Shown piece after piece: positions 19,453-28,085 of a stretch of DNA of 32,000 bases. How positions within the stretch are numbered: the first letter of the stretch is position 1; each line of letters starts with the position of its first letter. Under the pieces are notes generated by a model, which saw nothing but the letters and a program-made list of their open reading frames with translations, was not told the origin of the DNA and did no database searches. The translations under genes and the position numbers were made by a program. Source of the DNA: an archaeon (lineage in GTDB: Archaea > Iainarchaeota > Iainarchaeia > Iainarchaeales > CSSED10-239). Where the stretch lies: assembly GCA_035390665.1 (NCBI GenBank), contig DAOOUC010000007.1, positions 1-32,000 of the forward strand, read 5' to 3'.

Positions 19453-20451
19453 TTATTCTTTAATTTCTCTTATAGCAGATATTCTTTTTTGTATTATCTT
19501 TTCTCCGAAAGGAATAAACCCTAAGAATTTCTTTTTTTCTTTAACTTCAAAAACATATTCTGGATTTTCTGATTCTGTTTCTAAAATAATTTCTCCGATT
19601 ATCTTTTCAGAATCAATTTTGTTTTCTTGAAGTATTTGTGTTACAGGTATTATCTTTTTTGTAGAGTTATTGTTTGTTATATAAATTTCAGAATCCTTTA
19701 TTTCCATTTGAGATCTTGTTCTTAATTGTTCTTTTGGTTTTTCTGCAGTTGTTAATTCTTCTTTGTTTGGTTTAGAATTTTGTGCATTAGGGTTTGCTTG
19801 TATTTGATTTTGATTTCTGGCTCTTGCATTTTCTGCAACAATTCCAGAATTGTCAGAATCAATAATTAAATAATGTATGTTTCCAAGATTATTCCCTTGA
19901 ATTTCGGTTCCATCATTTAGTTTGATTGTGGCTTTAAATTTAAGCAATTTATCTATTCCACAAGAATTAATAAATCCAGTCATATTTTCTTGTGCAAATT
20001 CTTCTGTATCGTTTTCTTTTACATAACCAATCTTTCCATGAAATAAAGAATCTGTTGAGCTTTTGCTTAATTTTCTTGTAAAACAAGCTTGTTCTTGTCC
20101 GTCTGTAAAAATTTCAAGAACTACCAATTCTATTTCTGAAAGATTAATAGTTTTAGTATTAGCAATAGGCAATAATTCTAAATCTAAATAATAGCCTTCA
20201 TTTTTCTTTAAATGATAGGTATTAGTTTCAGAATTAAAATAAGCACTAGAATTACATCTTTCTTTATATGGCCCAGTATAATTTTGATCAAAACGCACAG
20301 GTACAACAATTTGTGCTCTGTCTATTGCACAAGGAATTTGAAGTTCATAACTCATAGCTTCTTGAGCATAAAGTTTAGGAACAACAGCAAGTGCAAAGAT
20401 TGTTAATGCAAATATTGCAACCACATAATTTATTATTTTTTTTTCATTCAT
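19453..20451 (-). CDS. Hypothetical exported protein
   Basis: 332-aa ORF with signal peptide (IINYVVAIFALTIFALAVVPKLYAQ), preceded by a GGAGG ribosome-binding site. Confidence 0.6.
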   Translation of the reverse strand: MNEKKIINYVVAIFALTIFALAVVPKLYAQEAMSYELQIPCAIDRAQIVVPVRFDQNYTGPYKERCNSSAYFNSETNTYHLKKNEGYYLDLELLPIANTKTINLSEIELVVLEIFTDGQEQACFTRKLSKSSTDSLFHGKIGYVKENDTEEFAQENMTGFINSCGIDKLLKFKATIKLNDGTEIQGNNLGNIHYLIIDSDNSGIVAENARARNQNQIQANPNAQNSKPNKEELTTAEKPKEQLRTRSQMEIKDSEIYITNNNSTKKIIPVTQILQENKIDSEKIIGEIILETESENPEYVFEVKEKKKFLGFIPFGEKIIQKRISAIREIKE

Positions 20452-20462
20452 ATTTTTCCTCC

Positions 20463-20582
20463 TTAAATTTTTGTTTTTATTCTTAGTATTGTAAATAATA
20501 ATGTTATTACAATAGCAAGGTAAATAAAAATAGCCAAAAAATATTGTCTAATTTTTCTTGCTGGACAACTTAATTTTTTCAT
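20463..20582 (-). CDS. Unannotated 39-aa single-TM microprotein MKKLSCPARKIRQYFLAIFIYLAIVITLLFTILRIKTKI
   Basis: ATG preceded by SD-like GAGGTG, single hydrophobic helix, ends just upstream of the GGAGG of the 332-aa gene on the same strand. Confidence 0.5.
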   Translation of the reverse strand: MKKLSCPARKIRQYFLAIFIYLAIVITLLFTILRIKTKI

Positions 20583-20693
20583 TTTTATTTCACCTCGCTT
20601 TATTTTTTTTTCTTAAAGGGGATTTAATGGCATTGTCATTAAATCGTTTGTTTATACAAAACTTATGATTTTTTCTATTTAAATACTTTTAGC

Positions 20694-20720
20694 GAAACTT
20701 AGTGAAACTTAGTGAAAACT
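20694..20720. promoter_or_regulatory. Tandem GAAACTTAGT repeat (two full copies plus a near-copy GAAAACT, 10-bp period) in a divergent intergenic region
   Basis: Direct reading: GAAACTTAGT GAAACTTAGT GAAAACT. Confidence 0.4.
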
Positions 20721-20760
20721 ACAGAAATATACTGGAATTTAGGGAAGATATTATGAAATG

Positions 20761-20790
20761 TTTATATATTTTTATATCTTATATATTATA
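20761..20790 (+). promoter_or_regulatory. Putative TATA-rich promoter of the 1657-aa gene
   Basis: TTTATATATTTTTATATCTTATATATTATA ending about 23 nt before the ATG at 20814. Confidence 0.35.
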
Positions 20791-20813
20791 TATCTCTAAG
20801 AAGTGAAAAGATT

Positions 20814-23800
20814 ATGAAATATACAAAAATACTATCTATAATTCTTATAATTTTAATATTGCCTTTTATCTTTGCAGAAGATGAAGGCAATTCTATTATT
20901 GTTCCTTTGGCAATAAATGGAACAGAAGGAGAATTAGATGTTTTTACAATACAAACAAACTATCCAGAAATAGAACTTGATGAATCTCAAGACCTAATTA
21001 CAAGTTTTTCTTCTTTTGATCAGAATTCATCATTTTCTTTAAATTCTCAAGTTAATTATAAATCTCTTAATATTCCTCATTATTTCTTAAAAGAAAATCA
21101 AAATACTAAAAAAAGAATATATCCATTTAACCAAGGAAGAACTTATGTAATAAATAATTCTTCGCAAGAAATTGCAAAAGACAAAACCTTAGAGCTTAAA
21201 TTAAATTTGTCTAATACCACACAAAAAGTTTATTTAATTATTGACCAAGCGCAATCAAATCCAATACCAGCTATGACTCAATTTGTAAATATTAGTTCTT
21301 CAACAATTGAGATTAACACCATTCCAAGATATCTAAAAATAAATAAAAGTTCAATTGTAAATGGCAAACTACTTTTAAATCTTAAAGCTAATATTCCTAA
21401 TTTTTCTTTACAAATAATAGAATTGGATAATAATCAAAAAGTTAGTGGAGTTTATAGTACAAATATTTTACAATTAGATTATGATTCTTTTAACAAATAT
21501 ACTTTATTTCAGATAAATAGAAACCTTATTGAATTTTATTGTCCTTATTGTCATCTTAAAGACTATGGGATAAATGAAAATGGTTTTTCTTCTTGTGGCA
21601 AGTCTGTTTTTGAACAAGAGAAGAAATCAATAACGGAATATTTAAGTGCGAAAGAAAATGTTTGTCTTTTACCAGATGGTTCAAGGATCTCTGGTTTTAC
21701 AAATGAGTCCTTGGAATTATTTGGTTTGAATAGATTATATTTTGAATGGAATGATAATATTCCTTCTGATTTCTTTGATTATGGAGAATACTATGTAGAT
21801 CAAGATCAACTAAGAATTGCAGTTTCTAAAAAATTAGATGAGATAAGTAATAATAATTATGTTGAAATTGAAACTACAAAATACAAAAAAGGAAAAAACA
21901 CCTTAATTTCAAAAGTTGGAACAGATATAGAATATGACTTGTCTGAAGTTACAGAACTTTCAACAAACAGTTCAATAAACGAGTCATTGGATTTTTCTAT
22001 TGCAGTATTAAATTCAATTCCCGAAGAATATAAAAAATTAACAATAATTGATTTAACAAATAATGAACCATCTGTAAGTGTTTCTGAATTTGATAGAATA
22101 ATGCAAGAGATTTTAGTTTCAAATTATTATAAAGTAACAGACTATCACACACATTATCAAATAACTCTTGAGAAATATTTAAGTTCAATTAGTAATTTTA
22201 AAATATCAAGAGCAAATAACGATATTTATTCTAAACTTTTATATGGCCTAGAATATAAAACACAAGGTTATTCTAATGTTTATTTATCAGAAGGATTAAA
22301 TTATTTTATATATAATATTAAACCATTTGGAGAAGATATAGAAGCAATTCTAAATAATGAGCACACACAATTGTTTGGAAACTATTGGAAACTAAATCTT
22401 TTAGATAATAACCAAACCACACAACCAAAAACAGTTATTGTAAATCTTTCAGAGATTGTTCCTGAAAGAAAAGAAGCAAATATTAGTTTTAATGATCCAA
22501 CTACAGATTTATATGTTAATTATTATTCAGGAAATCAATATTTTTCTAATAATCCTTTATTTTTAATGCCACTAAATGTATTAAGTTACAATCGTGGAAA
22601 CTTTTTTGAGAATACTACGTCTGTTACTTCAAAGCAACCAGATATCATAAACAATTATAATAATCTCCAAGAAGGCAAAATTGTTTCTATAGATACAACA
22701 AGTTCTGATTTTGTAATTAATTTAACAAAACCAATAATTATTACTAAAGATACTGGAGAAGAAATTTTAGTAAAGTATTATAATGGTAGAGAATATGTTA
22801 ATTATTCTAATAATTTAATAAAAGTAAATAATTCAAGAGAAGACTTTCCAACTAAAGAAACAATTGTTATTTATCCGCCAAAGTCAGAATTTGTAAATTT
22901 TCCATTAATTGTTGAATCATCAACTCCTTTAATTTTTAATAAAGAAGTTATTGAAAATAAAGAGCAAGAAAAATATGTATATAGATTAAATTCAGAAACT
23001 CAGAATTTAAGCTTTTCTGAATTAATAAACAATATTTCAAATAATCAAACTTGTTTTTCAGTTATAGATAATAGTTTTTCTTTATGGATAAATGTTGATC
23101 AAGAATTAGATGTTACAAAATCTTATAGTTATCAAGAATTTGCAAGTGCTTTACAATCAGAAGAAAATAGTCCTTCTGAAAGTCTTGCAACAACTTTAAA
23201 TCAAAACCCCGAAGTAAATACAACCTTTGCAGTATATACAATTGATGAATCTCAAAATCTTTACAAACAAGTACAAGCAGTTAATTCTTATATTCAAACA
23301 GAAACAGAGACAAGGAATTTAAAAATTTTAGAAAGTTATAATGAAGTATATCAAAAAGTATTAGAAAGTGAGCCTGCATTAAAAAAAGACTTTATAAATT
23401 TATTAAATTGTAATGAAACTTTAATTTGTAGGATTTCAAAAACAAGATTTACTCCAGAGGGTTCCTTCTTTGAGAGATTTAAAAATGTGTGCATAGACAA
23501 TACTCCTACAGAATGTGTAAGTTTCTGGTCAAATCCAAAAGTAAGTTATTGTTCTGCATTTATTAGAAATTTTAATAATTATTATTTTGGATATAGATTT
23601 GATTCTGCAAATGCTTGGGATTTAGCTAAACAACAAAATAATAAAAGTATTTGGAAGGCAACAACCGGCTCTCTTTCGGAAAGTAGTTATGATTATTTAA
23701 TTCCTGGTTCTGTTCTTGGAATTAAGCACAATAATACAAGTTATTGGGATAAAGAATATAGTCATGTTGTTGTTTATTTAGGGAAAATGGGTTCTAGTCA

Positions 23801-25787
23801 TTATATTATTCATTCTTGGTTAAATACCTTAAAAATTGAAAAACTAGATGTTTTCTTAAAAACAACAGCCAGAGGAAAAAATGCATATGGGTATTATGAA
23901 GATGGGCAAATAAAAGAAGTAATGATTTCAAATAACCTTTATCAGAAATTAAGAACAAAAGCTAGAATTGAAGGAATTTCTCTTGGTTCTGTTGATTCTT
24001 CTATTTATCAAGGCATTGTTTCTAATTACATATTAGATTCATTTAACAATTTTGAAATGGTTTCAACAACTCAGAGAAGCACACTAAATCAAAATATGTA
24101 TCAGGAATTAGAGGTTGTTTATAATAGAATTTTAAATAAGGACTTTAGTATTTATTATAAAACAAACTATTCTAATAATTCAACACCAGAAGTAAATCAA
24201 AACATAAGATTAACACCAGGAGAGCCAATGATAATAATTCTTGGCAAATATAAAAAAGTATTTTTAGTTAATAAAGAGAATGGAATAACTAATATTATTT
24301 CTGAATATCCAATAGCAACAGGAGTTAATGGTTTTGGTTGTGTGAACGATAGTTTAAAAACACCAATTGGGCTATTTAAAATTGTACAAAAAGTTGGACA
24401 AAATTGTAGTCCTTTACAAGTTATAGGTGCTAATGGTTGTCAATATCAAAACGGAAACCCCGTACTTGCAAGTTATAATTCAGGAACAGCTAAAGTTGTA
24501 ACCAGAAAACTTGTTCTTGATGGTCTTGAAAAAGAAAATATTGGTGTTGGTTGTGACACAGGTAATAGAAACACAATATATAGAGGGATATTTATACACG
24601 GAACAAATTATGAAAACTCAATGGGACAACAAAGATCTCATGGTTGTATTAGAATGTTAAATAATGATGTTATTACTTTGTTTAACAATGTGCAAAACGG
24701 AACGTATGTTTATATTTATAATTCTGAAACAAGTTATTCAAGTCTTTTAGATTTAGAAAACAAATTAACAAATTCAGGAAACAACTTAGAATTCACATTA
24801 ACTAGTGCAAGAAAACCATCAAATTCTAGAATTACAGCAACGAAGACAATGCAAGATGTTGACAATTATATTGATGAAAGAATAAATACATTTAGAATGT
24901 TAGATAATACAACAGGAGTAAGTCTAAGTTATGGTAGAGAATGTAACACAACAACCTTGAAGTTTCCTTGTTTTTTAAAAGAAGCCTTAGATGTAGAATA
25001 TGATGCACATGTAATAAATCCACAATCTTCTGAGTTTAATTATATTGTTTTTAGAGTAACTAAAGCTTTTGGTTATACTTTAGAAGAAACAGCACAATTT
25101 TGGGGAAGTCTTTCTCAAGAGAGTGGAACTTCAACAAACATAAGTGGATCACAATCACAATATGGTAATTCTCTTACAGGAAAACCAGCATATGGTATTG
25201 CACAAATAGAAAAAGCACCATGGTCACAATATAATGCAAATAGATACACATTTGACGAAATGGTTCAAGATTTTAATTCTGTAGATTTATCTAGTATTAT
25301 TGAAAGAGACCCTAGAATTGGAACCGTTACAGGCAGTAATAATAAAATAGACAGTAGAACAGAAATAATTGCTTTATTAGATTTAATTTGGACAAATAAA
25401 AGTAAATATGCATCTGTTGTTTTTTCTGCAGGATTAAAAAGATATATTGGTAGAAAGATAATTACAACTTCTCAAATTAATTACAATTCTGGAACAATAA
25501 GAGAGCCGTTTTGGCATGCTCATAGAACGACATACGATCATTTAAATTCAATTAATTTTAATTTTGCTGTAATTTATAAATATAAATATACAGGAACTCA
25601 AAGAATGTATGATGGTATAAAAAGATATTCTGGATTAGATGGCGGAGAAGACACAATTAAAACAATTGCATTAAAGCTTGCAAATTATCTTGCTTTTAAA
25701 AAAGAATATTATATGTATAAATATGGAATAATAAATGGAAATCATTCTGATTTATTGGCAAGTATGATAAATGCAGGGATAATTTAA
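20814..25787 (+). CDS. Large secreted multidomain predicted peptidoglycan-processing protein: N-terminal unknown region, NlpC/P60/CHAP-like domain, L,D-transpeptidase YkuD domain, C-terminal lysozyme/transglycosylase-like domain
   Basis: Signal peptide MKYTKILSIILIILILPFIFAED; Cys913 (VSYCSAF) with His984 (SHVVVYLG); His1262 (FIHGTNYEN) and Ser1275-His-Gly-Cys1278 (RSHGCIRM), the YkuD active-site pattern; Glu1436 (LSQESG) and YGIAQI at about 1460 as in lytic transglycosylases. Confidence 0.85.
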   Translation: MKYTKILSIILIILILPFIFAEDEGNSIIVPLAINGTEGELDVFTIQTNYPEIELDESQDLITSFSSFDQNSSFSLNSQVNYKSLNIPHYFLKENQNTKKRIYPFNQGRTYVINNSSQEIAKDKTLELKLNLSNTTQKVYLIIDQAQSNPIPAMTQFVNISSSTIEINTIPRYLKINKSSIVNGKLLLNLKANIPNFSLQIIELDNNQKVSGVYSTNILQLDYDSFNKYTLFQINRNLIEFYCPYCHLKDYGINENGFSSCGKSVFEQEKKSITEYLSAKENVCLLPDGSRISGFTNESLELFGLNRLYFEWNDNIPSDFFDYGEYYVDQDQLRIAVSKKLDEISNNNYVEIETTKYKKGKNTLISKVGTDIEYDLSEVTELSTNSSINESLDFSIAVLNSIPEEYKKLTIIDLTNNEPSVSVSEFDRIMQEILVSNYYKVTDYHTHYQITLEKYLSSISNFKISRANNDIYSKLLYGLEYKTQGYSNVYLSEGLNYFIYNIKPFGEDIEAILNNEHTQLFGNYWKLNLLDNNQTTQPKTVIVNLSEIVPERKEANISFNDPTTDLYVNYYSGNQYFSNNPLFLMPLNVLSYNRGNFFENTTSVTSKQPDIINNYNNLQEGKIVSIDTTSSDFVINLTKPIIITKDTGEEILVKYYNGREYVNYSNNLIKVNNSREDFPTKETIVIYPPKSEFVNFPLIVESSTPLIFNKEVIENKEQEKYVYRLNSETQNLSFSELINNISNNQTCFSVIDNSFSLWINVDQELDVTKSYSYQEFASALQSEENSPSESLATTLNQNPEVNTTFAVYTIDESQNLYKQVQAVNSYIQTETETRNLKILESYNEVYQKVLESEPALKKDFINLLNCNETLICRISKTRFTPEGSFFERFKNVCIDNTPTECVSFWSNPKVSYCSAFIRNFNNYYFGYRFDSANAWDLAKQQNNKSIWKATTGSLSESSYDYLIPGSVLGIKHNNTSYWDKEYSHVVVYLGKMGSSHYIIHSWLNTLKIEKLDVFLKTTARGKNAYGYYEDGQIKEVMISNNLYQKLRTKARIEGISLGSVDSSIYQGIVSNYILDSFNNFEMVSTTQRSTLNQNMYQELEVVYNRILNKDFSIYYKTNYSNNSTPEVNQNIRLTPGEPMIIILGKYKKVFLVNKENGITNIISEYPIATGVNGFGCVNDSLKTPIGLFKIVQKVGQNCSPLQVIGANGCQYQNGNPVLASYNSGTAKVVTRKLVLDGLEKENIGVGCDTGNRNTIYRGIFIHGTNYENSMGQQRSHGCIRMLNNDVITLFNNVQNGTYVYIYNSETSYSSLLDLENKLTNSGNNLEFTLTSARKPSNSRITATKTMQDVDNYIDERINTFRMLDNTTGVSLSYGRECNTTTLKFPCFLKEALDVEYDAHVINPQSSEFNYIVFRVTKAFGYTLEETAQFWGSLSQESGTSTNISGSQSQYGNSLTGKPAYGIAQIEKAPWSQYNANRYTFDEMVQDFNSVDLSSIIERDPRIGTVTGSNNKIDSRTEIIALLDLIWTNKSKYASVVFSAGLKRYIGRKIITTSQINYNSGTIREPFWHAHRTTYDHLNSINFNFAVIYKYKYTGTQRMYDGIKRYSGLDGGEDTIKTIALKLANYLAFKKEYYMYKYGIINGNHSDLLASMINAGII

Positions 25788-25788
25788 T

Positions 25789-26448
25789 TTATTCTAATAA
25801 TTTATCTTTTATTTTCTTTATTTTTGTTTTAGATTTAATTATGTAATGTCTTTTCGCATGTTCCACTAAAAGAGCATGATATTCTTGGTATATCTTGAAA
25901 TCTTTTGGAAGGTTATCCATAAATAGTTTTTGTATTTCTTCGTATTTTGCATTTTTTTTAATAATTTTAAGATTTAATAATATTCTTATAGTATATGCAT
26001 CAACAACAAAGATTGGTTCTCTATGTGCATATAAAAGAATGGAATCAGCTGTTTCTTTTCCAATTCCTTTAACTGAAAGAAGTTCGTGTCTTGTAGGCAT
26101 TCTGTCTTTCAAAGATAAATAAAATTTAGAAATATCAACAAGTCTTTCATATTTTTGATTATAATAGCCAACAGATTTAATTGCGTGTTTGATAATTTCT
26201 TCATCTTTTTCTATTATTGCTTTAGGATTCAGTAAATCGTTTTTCTTAAGATTATAAATTGCTTTTTCAACATTTTTCCAAGAAGTACTCTGAGTTAATA
26301 TTGCCCCAACATATACTTCAAATATTTGAGAATGTGTTTTAATTAAATAATATTTCCCTGGATGATAACCAATATCAGATAATGGCCACCAACCCTGTGG
26401 TCCATAGTTTGTAAGTAAAACATCATATATTTTTTGTATAGTATTCAT
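25789..26448 (-). CDS. Endonuclease III-related HhH-GPD protein (COG2231-like), no C-terminal 4Fe-4S Cys cluster
   Basis: VGAILTQSTSWKNVEKAI, HhH ELLSVKGIGKETADSILLYAH, catalytic-region Asp FVVDAYTIRIL. Start taken at MNTIQK. Confidence 0.85.
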   Translation of the reverse strand: MNTIQKIYDVLLTNYGPQGWWPLSDIGYHPGKYYLIKTHSQIFEVYVGAILTQSTSWKNVEKAIYNLKKNDLLNPKAIIEKDEEIIKHAIKSVGYYNQKYERLVDISKFYLSLKDRMPTRHELLSVKGIGKETADSILLYAHREPIFVVDAYTIRILLNLKIIKKNAKYEEIQKLFMDNLPKDFKIYQEYHALLVEHAKRHYIIKSKTKIKKIKDKLLE

Positions 26449-26510
26449 AGCTTTTTCACAAATAATAATATAACAATACAATTATTAAATGTTTTTGTGT
26501 TATTGTTTTT

Positions 26511-27059
26511 ATGCTTAGAAGAATTTTAATATTTTTGTGTTTAGTTTTATTTTTAGGAACTTTATTTTATGTTCTTATCGAAAATAATAACAAAACAGAA
26601 ACAGACAAAACCTATTATTTCGGTTACGGAAGTAATATGGATATTGATCTTTTAAGAAAAAGGATTGATAATAATTCTATAGTTCCAGTAAGTTATGCTA
26701 AACTTGAAAACTATCGTCTAATCTTTCCAAGAGGAGTAGGTTCTGTTATTCCTGATGAAACTACAGATGTCTATGGTTGTCTTTTTCTTTTAACAAAAGA
26801 AGAAATAGCAAAACTGGATATTATTGAAGGATATAGAGAAGATAGAAATAAATCATTAAACAGTTACAATAGAGAATGGATAGATGTTTTGTCTCCAAAA
26901 GGTAAAAAAGTATCTGCAGAAATCTATATTCAGACAAACAATTCTGATGTAAATGCAAAACCAAGTAATAGTTACAAGCAAACACTTGTAAAAGGTGCAA
27001 GCGATTGTTCTCTTCCTGATTTTTATCAAGAACAATTAAAGCAAATTGAAGTTAGATAA
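26511..27059 (+). CDS. Gamma-glutamylcyclotransferase-like (GGCT/AIG2 fold) protein with N-terminal signal/TM
   Basis: TYYFGYGSNMDIDLLRKR, YRLIFPRG, VYGCLFLLTKEEIAKLDIIEGY; N-terminal hydrophobic LIFLCLVLFLGTLFYVLI. Confidence 0.82.
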   Translation: MLRRILIFLCLVLFLGTLFYVLIENNNKTETDKTYYFGYGSNMDIDLLRKRIDNNSIVPVSYAKLENYRLIFPRGVGSVIPDETTDVYGCLFLLTKEEIAKLDIIEGYREDRNKSLNSYNREWIDVLSPKGKKVSAEIYIQTNNSDVNAKPSNSYKQTLVKGASDCSLPDFYQEQLKQIEVR

Positions 27060-27117
27060 TTTTCTTAATTTTGTGAATTTGTTATTTTTCGTAAAATTTT
27101 TGCATTTTCCCAAATAA

Positions 27118-27127
27118 CATTTATATA
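27118..27127 (+). promoter_or_regulatory. Putative TATA box for the KilA-N gene
   Basis: ATTTATATAC about 70-80 nt upstream of the ATG at 27199. Confidence 0.35.
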
Positions 27128-27198
27128 CTCTGCACTGGACAGCAACCCCCCCGAAAATGACACCGTTTTCTAATAACTATATTATTTTGTGAACAATT

Positions 27199-28008
27199 AT
27201 GAATAAAGTAAATGTATTAGGAAATGATATTTCATATTATACAAAACAGGAAAACGACTATATTTCTTTAACAGACATGGTTAAAAATTTAAATAATGGT
27301 TTAGTATTAATAGAAAAATGGTTAAGAAATAAAAACACTATTGAATTTATAGGGATTTGGGAAGAAATGAACAACCCTGAATTTAATTCCCCCGAATTCG
27401 GGGGAATTAAAAATGAAGCAGGAACAAATAGATTTGCATTGTCTGTAAGTCAATGGATAATTAGAACAAATGCTATTGGAATTAAAGCAAGTGCAGGAAG
27501 GTATGGCGGAACCTTCGCACACAAAGATATTGCTTTTGAGTTTGCTTCATGGATATCTCCTAAATTTAAATTATATCTTATTAAAGAATTTCAAAGATTA
27601 AAAATAGATGAAAGTCAAAGGTTAAAACTTGATTGGGACATTAAAAGAAATCTTGCTAAAATTAATTATCATATACACACAGACGCTATAAAGAACAATT
27701 TGATTCCTGAAAAGATATCTAAAACAAAAGAATATTTAATTTATGCAACAGAAGCAGATATCTTAAATCTTGCTCTTTTCGGATTAACTGCAAAAGAATG
27801 GAAAAATAATAATCCTAAATTAGAAGGGAATATTAGAGATTATGCAGATATTTCTCAATTAGTTTGTCTTTCAAATCTTGAAAACTTAAATGCGTTGTTC
27901 ATTAAAGAAGGAATGGACAAATTAGAGAGATTGAAAAAATTAAACATTATAGCAATTGAGCAAATGACTATTTTAACTAATCAGCAAGTAATTAAAAAAT
28001 TAAAATAA
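27199..28008 (+). CDS. KilA-N domain protein (putative DNA-binding)
   Basis: YISLTDMVKNLNNGLVLIEKWLRNKNTIEFIGIWEEMNNPEFN...ALSVSQWIIRTNAIGIKASAGRYGGTFAHKDIAFEFASWISPKFKLYLIKEFQRLK. Confidence 0.93.
   Translation: MNKVNVLGNDISYYTKQENDYISLTDMVKNLNNGLVLIEKWLRNKNTIEFIGIWEEMNNPEFNSPEFGGIKNEAGTNRFALSVSQWIIRTNAIGIKASAGRYGGTFAHKDIAFEFASWISPKFKLYLIKEFQRLKIDESQRLKLDWDIKRNLAKINYHIHTDAIKNNLIPEKISKTKEYLIYATEADILNLALFGLTAKEWKNNNPKLEGNIRDYADISQLVCLSNLENLNALFIKEGMDKLERLKKLNIIAIEQMTILTNQQVIKKLK
27382..27411. repeat. 30-bp perfect palindrome inside the KilA-N coding sequence
   Basis: TTTAATTCCCCCGAATTCGGGGGAATTAAA equals its own reverse complement. Confidence 0.97.
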
Positions 28009-28012
28009 GAAG

Positions 28013-28085
28013 TGGTCCTGCCCGGATTTGGACCGGGGATCTCTGCCATGTGAAGGCAACATCATAACCGCTAGACCACAGGACC
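28013..28085 (-). tRNA. tRNA-Val (anticodon CAC)
   Basis: Reverse complement GGTCCTGTGGTCTAGCGGTTATGATGTTGCCTTCACATGGCAGAGATCCCCGGTCCAAATCCGGGCAGGACCA; acceptor GGTCCTG/CAGGACC, anticodon loop TTCACAT. Confidence 0.9.

Noticed and set aside
27382-27411. Palindrome as an inserted mobile repeat in the KilA-N gene
   Set aside because: The encoded FNSPEFGGIK fits the usual KilA-N motif without added residues, so an insertion is not supported.
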